Under the pieces are notes generated by a model. It was not told the origin of the DNA. It did no database searches and was given only the letters and a program-made list of their open reading frames with translations. From contig CAZJUY010000006.1 of NCBI GenBank assembly GCA_964549315.1, forward strand, positions 45,639-109,638: a DNA stretch of 64,000 nt, given 5' to 3'. A program made the translations under genes and the position numbers. This document shows, piece after piece, positions 37,227-45,679 of this stretch (position 1 is its first letter; each line of letters starts with the position of its first letter). Source of the DNA: an uncultured Chitinophaga sp. (GTDB lineage: Bacteria; Bacteroidota; Bacteroidia; 2-12-FULL-35-15).

Positions 37227-39272
37227 ATGCAAAGTAGGAGAAGAATCAACATAGCATTGCTAGTATTATTGTTGGCTGCTGTTGTAGGTTTGATTGTTGT
37301 TGAAAAAAATAAAAAGACAGAGAAACTTTCTGTCTCTTCGAATATTACTTTCCAAGATTCAACATATTACTCTGAATTATATGCCGAGTTTTTTAATTTC
37401 GAAAATATTGATTTAGGTATAACTGCTTCTAAAAAGACTTATTCTGGAACGCAAAGCACTATGCTTACTCCTGAAATTGAGTTTGGTTTTGGAATTACTA
37501 AATCTATTACCCAACTATCGGTATTAAAAAATACAGAACAAGTTATCATTGATTTTATGTGCATGTCTCCAATTGTAGATAGTAGCGTTCATTATGTTTT
37601 GTCTGTGAGTAATGCTAAAAACGAATCCGTTTTTTGGGATGGAAAACCAATTAAAATTGAAAAAGCAAATACTTGGATAAAAAGTCAAATTAAATTTAGC
37701 ATTAGTCCAGAATTGCTTATTCCTGAAAATACATTTCAATTTTATTTATGGAATAGAGATAAAAAGGAATTATACGTTGATGATTTAAATTTCACACTGT
37801 ATGGAAAAGTGATATATAAAGAGGAAAAATCAACACAAATTTCGTCTAATTATTTTTTTGATTTTGAAACAAATGATGGTTTGTCGGGCACAGATAATTT
37901 AAAAGCTTGTACTTCTCATTCAGGTAAAATAGCTTGCGATTTGAGTGAAGGACAAGAGTTTGGTGTTTCAGTTATAAAAACAGTAAAAGAAATAAGTGAT
38001 GCGCCTTTAACAAAAATAAGTGCTAGTGTTTGGTTTTACTCATTAGAAGAAAATACAAATACGCACCTTACGGCTTCAGTAGTAAACGATAAAAATGAAA
38101 CAGTGTTTTGGGGAGGAAAAGGAACGGATACTGGAAAATTTCCTAAGAATCAATGGACAAAATTGAATGTTTCGTTTGCTTTGCCTAGCGATAAAATCTC
38201 TATGAATGATGTGGTTCAAGTAAATATTTGGAATAAAGGAAAAAATAAAATTATTGTTGATGATTTAGAAATTATTTATGGCGATCAGCCAGAAAGAAAA
38301 GGGAAACCAAATGTTATAGACCCATCAGCATTTACAGGGAGCAGTTTTGTTCCTGAAAAAAACAAGCCTCCTTTTCAAATTTTGTATTTGAATAAACAGA
38401 TTGTTGATATTGATGTTTTGAAAAATTATAATTCAAATGACCAGTTTTTTTCTGGTGATTTTGTTAAAGACAAAAATAATTTGGATGAATTACTTAGTAT
38501 AAAAAACAATAAAGCTGAATTGTTGAAATTCAATACTGAACAAAAACAATTTATGAGCGTTTGGAAAAGCAGTTCTGATAATGATTTGACTTCAACAGAA
38601 ATATGGAATTCCAATAATTATATTTTTTCTGCAGATTTTAATGGCGATGAGAAAACAGATTTATTGACGATAGATAAGACTTCAGGGGAAACCAAACTTT
38701 ATAATTTTGAAACAAATAAATTTATTTTAAAAAATACGTTAAAAGGCATAGACAAAAAGCATTTAAAATATTTGAACAATATGAATGTTGTTTCCAACTT
38801 TAATATAAATAAACTGCCTGCTTTAGTTTATTTCACTGAAAAAAATATGGTATTACTTCAGTTGAAGGCTGACAAATTGGAAGAAAATCAAACAAACTTA
38901 ACTGGAGACTTTATGATTTTTAAAACTGCAGATAAACTATTTTCTATAGTTTCTTCTTCTCAAAAAAACACTTTATTAAGATTGAATACAGAATGGCGAT
39001 TTGATTTACAGCTAATTGAAAAAAACAGTTCAGAAATTAGCATTAAAAATGTTTTAGATTTTAAAGGATATGCTAATGACTACAATCCTAAATATTACGA
39101 ATACACAAAAATTATAATAGGAAGATTTATGGATAAAAATAGTTCTTCTGTTTTGGTTGTTTCCTGCAATTGTAAAGACGATAAGTTTGATGGTGTGCTT
39201 TGTAATGAAATTGAAAATTTAAAAGAATTACCCAATTCAATTAATATTTATTCAGTAGATGATGTTAAATAG
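37227..39272 (+). CDS. Single-TM hypothetical protein carrying two copies of a ~130-aa beta-rich domain shared with the C-termini of the GT-C-like proteins further right
   Basis: The likely start is MQSRRRINIALLVLLLAAVVGLIVV at 37227; the tracked ATG at 37185 overlaps the ABC gene. Domain copies end 'FQFYLWNRDKKELYVDDLNFTLYG' and 'VQVNIWNKGKNKIIVDDLEIIYGD'. Confidence 0.6.
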   Translation: MQSRRRINIALLVLLLAAVVGLIVVEKNKKTEKLSVSSNITFQDSTYYSELYAEFFNFENIDLGITASKKTYSGTQSTMLTPEIEFGFGITKSITQLSVLKNTEQVIIDFMCMSPIVDSSVHYVLSVSNAKNESVFWDGKPIKIEKANTWIKSQIKFSISPELLIPENTFQFYLWNRDKKELYVDDLNFTLYGKVIYKEEKSTQISSNYFFDFETNDGLSGTDNLKACTSHSGKIACDLSEGQEFGVSVIKTVKEISDAPLTKISASVWFYSLEENTNTHLTASVVNDKNETVFWGGKGTDTGKFPKNQWTKLNVSFALPSDKISMNDVVQVNIWNKGKNKIIVDDLEIIYGDQPERKGKPNVIDPSAFTGSSFVPEKNKPPFQILYLNKQIVDIDVLKNYNSNDQFFSGDFVKDKNNLDELLSIKNNKAELLKFNTEQKQFMSVWKSSSDNDLTSTEIWNSNNYIFSADFNGDEKTDLLTIDKTSGETKLYNFETNKFILKNTLKGIDKKHLKYLNNMNVVSNFNINKLPALVYFTEKNMVLLQLKADKLEENQTNLTGDFMIFKTADKLFSIVSSSQKNTLLRLNTEWRFDLQLIEKNSSEISIKNVLDFKGYANDYNPKYYEYTKIIIGRFMDKNSSSVLVVSCNCKDDKFDGVLCNEIENLKELPNSINIYSVDDVK

Positions 39273-41205
39273 ATTGTTTAATAAAGTAAAAAGGGAAGCA
39301 AGTATGCTATTACTTATAGTAATTGTATTGGCATCTTGTAATTCTGATAATAAAGACAAACAATCATTTTCTTGTGAGGATTTTTCTGTTCAAAATTTTA
39401 ACCCAATTGTAAACTATCAATCAGATAGCAGTAACAATAAAACTATTTATATTGACTATAACAATGCGTTGGATGGTTTTGTAATCCCTTCTGTAAATCA
39501 AACGGAGGATGGACAATTTGAGTTTGAATTTGAAATAAAAAATAAGAGCAAAAAAGCACAAAAATTTTATTACAAAATATATTATCAAAACGAAAGCTAT
39601 AAATTTTTAGAATATGATTCTTTGGCGAAAGCTCCAAATCCATTGGCCGAAGAAAATTTCTATGGAAGCTGGGAAGTTGCAGATGTTATTTTTAGAGAAA
39701 CTGCCTCTATTCCTTCTACTGAAGATTTTATTAAAATAAAAGACAAATTTCGTATTGTAGGGAACCCTAGAAATGAGTTGAGGTACTTTAATGAAAATGT
39801 GAACGACAGGTGGAAACGAAACCCAAGAGTAGGGAAGTATAAATTTATGTTGGTAGTTTGTACCGTAGAGGATTTGAAACTTATTCCTAATGAAATCAAA
39901 AATATTTGTATTAAAGAAAAAGAACATTTTATAAATCCATTTTATTATTATAATTATGGTGAAGGCAAGTCACTAAAACAATCTATTGTATATAATGCTT
40001 CTCAAGATTTAAATGTAATTGCGAAACCTAATTTGGGTGTAGGAATTTACATTAATGATATGATTTTTAAGGGAAATAATTATGATAGATCATACTTCTG
40101 CAAAACATGTGGGCAAGACAGCAATATCTACAAAAATTCTGCTATTCAACAATTTATAAATTATGTGGATGCATCCACTAAAATGGAAAATATTCCGGTG
40201 ATTGCCGATATTTTAAAAGACAACTATTCAAATATGGATTATAATTGGAACAAAAATTTTTATAAAAAAGAAGAATTGATTCCTACTTTAATTCAAACAT
40301 CTAAGCATCCTTGCCAAACCGTTTTTTCTGATGAAAAAGAAAATAAAATTGTGATTAAAAATCCTGCTACAAAATATGGCGAATGGAAAAAAGAAAGTGT
40401 AGGAATTATTACACGTCACGGTTTTACTTATGGTAAGTACAGAGTAAAAGTAAAGCTTACGGAATTACTAAATAAAAATGGAGTATGGAATGGTTTAACA
40501 AATGCAATTTGGTTAATTACACAAGGTGGTGGTGAATGGAATTACAGAAGAAATTGCAACAAAGAAGGTTATATGGCTAGTTACTGGGGAGGAAGGGATG
40601 ATAAACGTGTTCCAGCAGTGGATTATTCTGAAATAGATTTTGAAATATTAAAAACACCGCCTTATTGCCCTGACAATGCTTTTCCTCCAGTATTTAAAAA
40701 TTCAAAAGACAATAATAAAAATATAAATAGTTGGAATGTATCCATGCCTACTGATATTACTGACAATAAAAATAATATTACAGTAGCTTGTACCAATTGG
40801 GACATGGCTTGTTGGGAACCCAAAAACTTTGGAGTAGGTTGTAACGAATTAAAACACAAAGAACAAACATATTATACTCATCGTTGGGATCATTGGTACA
40901 GAGCCCTAACCGAAAAGAAAGAAGAGAATGATGATGAGCTTTTTGCAGGTGAATTTTATTATTTTGAAATAGATTGGCGCCCAACCGAAATTATTTGGCG
41001 TATAGGACCAAGTCCTGATAAAATGCGTGAGGTAGGTTATATGAATGAAACAGTAACTTCCATACCAAATAACCAAATGCTTTTAATAATAACACAAGAA
41101 TACCATAATACCAAGTGGTGGCCTGGCGCACCTTACTCACAAGATAATTTGCCATTCCCTTTGAATGATATTAAGGGTGAGATTTATGAGTTGGTGATTG
41201 AGTAA
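39259..41205 (+). CDS. Lipoprotein, possibly a GH16-like (concanavalin-fold) glycoside hydrolase
   Basis: Lipobox 'LIVIVLASCNSD'. 'VWNGLTNAIWLITQGG', then 'DYSEIDFEILK' (E-x-D-x-E, like the lichenase 'EIDIEFLG'), then 'YYFEIDWRPTEIIWRIG'. The call rests on motifs only. Confidence 0.4.
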   Translation: MMLNRLFNKVKREASMLLLIVIVLASCNSDNKDKQSFSCEDFSVQNFNPIVNYQSDSSNNKTIYIDYNNALDGFVIPSVNQTEDGQFEFEFEIKNKSKKAQKFYYKIYYQNESYKFLEYDSLAKAPNPLAEENFYGSWEVADVIFRETASIPSTEDFIKIKDKFRIVGNPRNELRYFNENVNDRWKRNPRVGKYKFMLVVCTVEDLKLIPNEIKNICIKEKEHFINPFYYYNYGEGKSLKQSIVYNASQDLNVIAKPNLGVGIYINDMIFKGNNYDRSYFCKTCGQDSNIYKNSAIQQFINYVDASTKMENIPVIADILKDNYSNMDYNWNKNFYKKEELIPTLIQTSKHPCQTVFSDEKENKIVIKNPATKYGEWKKESVGIITRHGFTYGKYRVKVKLTELLNKNGVWNGLTNAIWLITQGGGEWNYRRNCNKEGYMASYWGGRDDKRVPAVDYSEIDFEILKTPPYCPDNAFPPVFKNSKDNNKNINSWNVSMPTDITDNKNNITVACTNWDMACWEPKNFGVGCNELKHKEQTYYTHRWDHWYRALTEKKEENDDELFAGEFYYFEIDWRPTEIIWRIGPSPDKMREVGYMNETVTSIPNNQMLLIITQEYHNTKWWPGAPYSQDNLPFPLNDIKGEIYELVIE

Positions 41206-41238
41206 AAAAATTATATTTGTATAGTAAATTTTAGAGCG

Positions 41239-41973
41239 ATGTTTTATTATAAAAAATGGGCCATTGTAGTACCAATGGCAAACGAAGAAGAAGATTTTAA
41301 ACCATTTATAGAAATGGTGAATTTTGTGATTAATGAACTAAACCCAGGTAATGTTTATTTTATAATCGACAAAGCATCTAAGGATAGAACATTGGAGTTG
41401 TGTCAGGAATTATCAGCAAAAGACCCGCGTTATGTAACAGTTTGGGCGCCCGATAATAAAAATGTGGTAGATGCTTATGTTAAAGGATTACGTGTTGCTT
41501 ATGAAGCAGGACACGAGATTATTATTGAAATGGATGCAGGCTTATCGCATGACCCAAGAGCAATACCAATGTTTTTACGAGTATTGAACGAAGGAAATGA
41601 ATGTGCATTTGGAAGTAGATTTATTAATGGTGGTTCTATGGGCGATTCTCCTTTTAAACGCAGAATGCTTTCTAAAACGGGGACAGTATTAGCAAATATG
41701 CTTTTAGGAACAAAATTAAAAGACATGACATCTGGGTACCAAGGTTTTCATAGAGATGTAGTAGAAAAGATTATTAATCATGATTTTAAATCCAAAGCAC
41801 ATTTTTATCAAACAGAGTTAAGGTATTTATTACGTAAACGAAGAATGTTTGAAGTGCCAATTCATTATCAAGCACCATCTCCTCGTGTATCAAAAAATGC
41901 AATAAAAAATGCATATCAAACATTGTTTTATTATTTCTTTCAACGATTGATAGGAAATAAACCAACATTGTAG
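41239..41973 (+). CDS. Family-2 glycosyltransferase (polyprenol-phosphate sugar synthase-like)
   Basis: 'WAIVVPMANEEEDFKPF', 'YFIIDKASKDRT' and 'EMDAGLSHDP', the DxD/QxxD region of DPM1-like GT2 enzymes. Confidence 0.8.
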   Translation: MFYYKKWAIVVPMANEEEDFKPFIEMVNFVINELNPGNVYFIIDKASKDRTLELCQELSAKDPRYVTVWAPDNKNVVDAYVKGLRVAYEAGHEIIIEMDAGLSHDPRAIPMFLRVLNEGNECAFGSRFINGGSMGDSPFKRRMLSKTGTVLANMLLGTKLKDMTSGYQGFHRDVVEKIINHDFKSKAHFYQTELRYLLRKRRMFEVPIHYQAPSPRVSKNAIKNAYQTLFYYFFQRLIGNKPTL

Positions 41974-41983
41974 CACCTTGTCT

Positions 41984-42200
41984 TTTCGAACGAAACGTAG
42001 TGTAGAGAGAAAAGAAATCTTACAAATAATGAGATTCCTCTCTGCGGTCGGAATGACACATAAAAACTGTCATTTCGAACGGAATGAAATGAAGTGAGAA
42101 ATCTTACAAATAATGAGATTTCTCCTTACAGTCGAAATGACAAATAGGAATTGTCATTTCGAACGGAATAGAATGGAGTGAGAAATCTCTTAAAGTAGAC
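41984..42200. repeat. Array of ~85-bp REP-like repeat units (2.5 copies), each containing two hairpins, upstream of the GIY-YIG gene
   Basis: Unit 'TTTCGAACGGAATGAAATGAAGTGAGAAATCTTACAAATAATGAGATTTCTCC..GTCGGAATGACA....TGTCA'. Hairpin 1 is 'gagaaatct(N11)agatttctc'. Hairpin 2 is 'cggaatgaca(N9)tgtcatttcg'. Confidence 0.85.
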
Positions 42201-42210
42201 TTTTATTAAA

Positions 42211-42522
42211 ATGAACTACAATTATTTTATTTATATACTTACAAATAAGAATAAAACCGTACTATATATTGGAGTTACAAACAATTTGGAAAGAAGACTT
42301 TTAGGACACTCAAATATTTTCAAAAATAAGTTTAAATTTACGACTCGTTATAATTGTGTCCATTTGATTTATTATGAGAGGTTTTCAGATATTAATCAAG
42401 CAATAAAACGAGAAACAGAAATTAAAAAGTGGAGAAGGGAAAAGAAAGAAAATTTAATTAAATCAGTCAACCCTAAATGGGAATTTCTGAATGATGAAAT
42501 TAAAGAACGTTTTTTTGAATGA
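42211..42522 (+). CDS. GIY-YIG nuclease family protein (COG2827-type small URI-domain endonuclease)
   Basis: 103 aa. 'YFIYILTNKNKTVLYIGVTNNLERRLLGH' carries the GIY, YIG, Arg and His motifs. 'NQAIKRETEIKKWRREKKENLI' carries the catalytic Glu. Confidence 0.85.
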   Translation: MNYNYFIYILTNKNKTVLYIGVTNNLERRLLGHSNIFKNKFKFTTRYNCVHLIYYERFSDINQAIKRETEIKKWRREKKENLIKSVNPKWEFLNDEIKERFFE

Positions 42523-42525
42523 TGG

Positions 42526-42730
42526 GGTTTCTTCTCGCAATCAGAATGACAAACACGAAGCTGTCATTTCGAGTGAAGTGAAGCGAAACGAGAAATCTTT
42601 TAAATAATGAGATTTCTCCCTATGGGCGGAATGACAAATAGGGGATGTCATTTCGAACGAAATGCAATGAAGTGAGAAATCTTTTAAATAGTAAGATTCC
42701 TCCCAATGGTCGGAATGACAGTATAAATTT
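42526..42730. repeat. Second block (about 2.5 copies) of the same ~85-bp double-hairpin repeat, downstream of the GIY-YIG gene
   Basis: '...cagaatgacaaacacgaagctgtcatttcgagtgaagtgaagcgaaacgagaaatcttttaaataatgagatttctccctatgggcggaatgacaaataggggatgtcatttcgaacg...'. The six-frame ORF 42541..42906 (-) is just a translation of these repeats. Confidence 0.85.
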
Positions 42731-42793
42731 GAAAAAAACATAACGGTATAAATACTAATAAAAACTGCGCCTTTGCGCCTCAGCGGTAAAAAT

Positions 42794-43795
42794 ATGAAAT
42801 CACTAATTATAACATCTATTGCAAACGATAAACATCCAATCTTAAAACAATTTGCAAAAGAATGCAAAGAGCATAATACTCCTTTTATTGTAATAGGGGA
42901 TACCAAATCACCAGCTGAATTTGATCTTGAAGGCTGCGATTTTTGGAGTGTAGAACGTCAATTAACTTTGCCCTTTGAATTAGCAAAAATTACTCCTACA
43001 CGTCACTACTCAAGAAAAAACTTGGGTTATTTATTAGCCATAAAAAATGGCGCAACAGAGTTAGTTGAAACCGATGACGATAATATCCCACGCAAAGAAT
43101 TTTGGGAAGCAAAATCGCGTGAAGTAAAAAGTTACAAGTTTGAAAATACAGGTTGGGTAAATGTGTATCATTATTTTACCAAGCAAATGATTTGGCCTAG
43201 AGGATTTCCATTAGAAGAGTTGCAAAAAAAACAAATAGATACAGCTACTTTAAAATACGAAGCAATAAATTGCCCGATACAGCAAGGATTGGCTGATGAA
43301 AACCCAGATGTGGATGCCGTTTACCGATTAACTTATCCTTTGCCACTAAATTTTGAAATAAAAACACAATTGGCATTAGGAAAAAATGCATGGAGCCCAT
43401 TCAATAGCCAAAATACATATTGGTTTAAAGAAGCATTTGCATTAATGTATTTGCCATCTTATTGTAGTTTTAGGATGACAGATATTTGGCGCAGTTATGT
43501 AGCACAACGTATTGCTTGGGAATGTGGCTGGAGTGTTTTATATCATGAACCAACCGTTTGGCAAGAACGTAATGAACATAATTTGATGAAAGATTTTGAA
43601 GATGAGATTTCTGGCTACACTAATAATTTTAATATTTGTAAAGAATTACAAAGTCTTGAACTAAAAAAAGGACAAGAAAATATTTTTGATAATTTAATTA
43701 CCTGCTATCAAAAACTAATTGACATAAATGTAATTGGCAAAGAGGAGATGGTTTTGCTAAAAACTTGGGTTGGGGATTTAGGGAAATTGATTTAA
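42794..43795 (+). CDS. Hypothetical protein, possibly a nucleotide-sugar (GT-A-like) glycosyltransferase
   Basis: The likely start is 'MKSLIITSIANDKHP' at 42794; the tracked 42773 ATG lies inside a small dyad. Acidic 'ELVETDDDNIP' is DxD-like. The call rests on the locus context of glycosylation genes. Confidence 0.4.
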   Translation: MKSLIITSIANDKHPILKQFAKECKEHNTPFIVIGDTKSPAEFDLEGCDFWSVERQLTLPFELAKITPTRHYSRKNLGYLLAIKNGATELVETDDDNIPRKEFWEAKSREVKSYKFENTGWVNVYHYFTKQMIWPRGFPLEELQKKQIDTATLKYEAINCPIQQGLADENPDVDAVYRLTYPLPLNFEIKTQLALGKNAWSPFNSQNTYWFKEAFALMYLPSYCSFRMTDIWRSYVAQRIAWECGWSVLYHEPTVWQERNEHNLMKDFEDEISGYTNNFNICKELQSLELKKGQENIFDNLITCYQKLIDINVIGKEEMVLLKTWVGDLGKLI

Positions 43796-43805
43796 AATTG
43801 GACTT

Positions 43806-45677
43806 ATGTTTTCAAAAATTAACAAGAACAATAAAATTTCTCTTCTTGCAGTTTTTGTTATCTCTTTTATAATATTATACTTTCATTATACACTTCCTAG
43901 GTATAAATATTACGGATTTACAAAAGAATTTGAGTGGGATATTCTATCTTACTACTTGTATTTGCCTTTGACTTTTATTAAGCATGATTATGGGATAAGC
44001 GATTACGCTTATATTCAAACTATTTTTGAGCAGTATCATTTTTCTCCTTCTTTTTACCAAGCCAATCAGTTGCATAATGGTAATTGGGTAATGGTTTATA
44101 CATCTGGCATGGCAATTTTACAATTCCCCTTTTTTTGTATTGGACATCTTTGGGCTAACTTGGGAGGATATCCAATGGATGGATTTTCGTTCCCATATCA
44201 ATTTTGTGTTTCGACAGGGAATATGTTTTATATCATTTCTGGCATTTTTTTGATGAGAAAAATTTTATTGAACTATTTTTCTGACGGTATTGTATCGGTT
44301 ACTCTTATATTATTATTATTAGGTACAAATTATTTTCGAGAAGCGACAGACTATAATATGGGGCCTCACGCAATTCTTTTTGCATTATACTGTCTGCTGT
44401 TATTAAATACAATAAAATGGCATAAAACCCCGAAAATTAAATATTCTATACTTGTTGGAATTTCTGTAGGGTTTCTGACCTTAATTCGCCCAACAGAATT
44501 AATTTGTATTCTTATTCCAATTTTTTGGAATGTGAGTAGTCTGCAAACATTAAAAAATAAAATCAGTATTGTTAAACAAAATTGGAAACATTTACTAATA
44601 CTGGTATTTACGGTGCTCCTCGTTGGTTTGCCTCAAATAATTTATTGGAAATATTTAACCGGGTCATGGGTATATAATAGCTACGATAACCAAATATCTT
44701 TTGATATCTCCGAATCTCATTTATTTAAAATTTTATTTAGCTTTAGAAAAGGCTGGTTTGTATATTCTCCATTGATTGTTATTGCATTAATAGGAATCTA
44801 TTTTTTAGGTAGAAATAAATTAATGGAAGCGAGAAGCTCAATTGTTTTATTTATTATCTGCAATGTTTTTATTCTTTCTCATGTGCCTATTTGGTGGAAT
44901 GCTGGTAGTTTTGGGCAAAGATTTATGGTGCAATCTTATGCATTATTGGCACTTCCAATGGCTTGTTTTATAGAGATAATAATCTTTCAAAAAAAAATAT
45001 TTTACAAAATTCTATTAATTCCAATTTTTATCTTTCTTGTATTTTTGAATTTGTTTCAAACATGGCAATTTGTTAGATGGATTATTCCTGGAGATGGAAT
45101 TACAAAAGAATTTTATTTTCGGTCTTTTTTAAAAACTGCTGTTACAGAAGAAGATAGGTCTTATTTGGAATTACAAAGAACTTTTGATAATACTCAAAAA
45201 TTTGACGAGAATAATAAAGCCTATAAGTCAAAAATCCTTGCTTTTTATGATATTGAAAATTTCAAAAAAAATAATTTTGTTGATTCTGCAGGTCATGCTT
45301 TAAGTGGTAAAAAATCATTTATGATGACCAGTGAATATTGTTACTCTCCAGGTGTTGACACTTCATTCTTCGCAATAACCGCTAAGGATCATGCATGGAT
45401 AAAATTTAGTGTTTCTTTGTATTCTTTACGTGAATTAGAAGAGAAGGATGCAGTTATAGTGATGCACTTTTCTCATAAAGAAAAATTATATAGTTATATG
45501 GAATTCCCTTTTAAACAAGATCAAATTGCTGCCAAGAAATGGAATATTATAACAGCATATTATTTAACACCATCAGTTTTTTCAGAAGATGATAGGTTGA
45601 AAGCCTATGTTTGGTACAAAGGAAAAGATACATTATATGTTGATAATATCAAAATTGAGGCATTTGAAAAGAAATAA
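43806..45677 (+). CDS. Polytopic membrane protein, GT-C-superfamily-like, with a C-terminal extracytoplasmic beta-rich domain
   Basis: At least 10 TM segments in the N-terminal 420 aa. The C-terminal soluble domain ends 'LKAYVWYKGKDTLYVDNIKIEAFEKK'. The N-terminus 'MFSKINK' resembles that of the convergent neighbour. Confidence 0.6.
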   Translation: MFSKINKNNKISLLAVFVISFIILYFHYTLPRYKYYGFTKEFEWDILSYYLYLPLTFIKHDYGISDYAYIQTIFEQYHFSPSFYQANQLHNGNWVMVYTSGMAILQFPFFCIGHLWANLGGYPMDGFSFPYQFCVSTGNMFYIISGIFLMRKILLNYFSDGIVSVTLILLLLGTNYFREATDYNMGPHAILFALYCLLLLNTIKWHKTPKIKYSILVGISVGFLTLIRPTELICILIPIFWNVSSLQTLKNKISIVKQNWKHLLILVFTVLLVGLPQIIYWKYLTGSWVYNSYDNQISFDISESHLFKILFSFRKGWFVYSPLIVIALIGIYFLGRNKLMEARSSIVLFIICNVFILSHVPIWWNAGSFGQRFMVQSYALLALPMACFIEIIIFQKKIFYKILLIPIFIFLVFLNLFQTWQFVRWIIPGDGITKEFYFRSFLKTAVTEEDRSYLELQRTFDNTQKFDENNKAYKSKILAFYDIENFKKNNFVDSAGHALSGKKSFMMTSEYCYSPGVDTSFFAITAKDHAWIKFSVSLYSLRELEEKDAVIVMHFSHKEKLYSYMEFPFKQDQIAAKKWNIITAYYLTPSVFSEDDRLKAYVWYKGKDTLYVDNIKIEAFEKK

Positions 45678-45679
45678 AA

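Noticed and set aside
41984-42730. Tandem repeats considered as a possible CRISPR array
   Set aside because: The units are ~85 bp and directly abut one another with no unique spacer-sized segments. They have internal double dyad symmetry and flank a GIY-YIG gene. No cas genes are in the window. This is a REP-like repeat array, not CRISPR.
42541-42906. Six-frame ORF (121 aa, minus strand) across the repeat array
   Set aside because: Its translation simply mirrors the repeat units ('...HSDHWEESYYLKDFS.. / ..HSAHREKSHYLKDFS..'). It overlaps the better-supported + strand gene starting at 42794. I treat it as an artefact.
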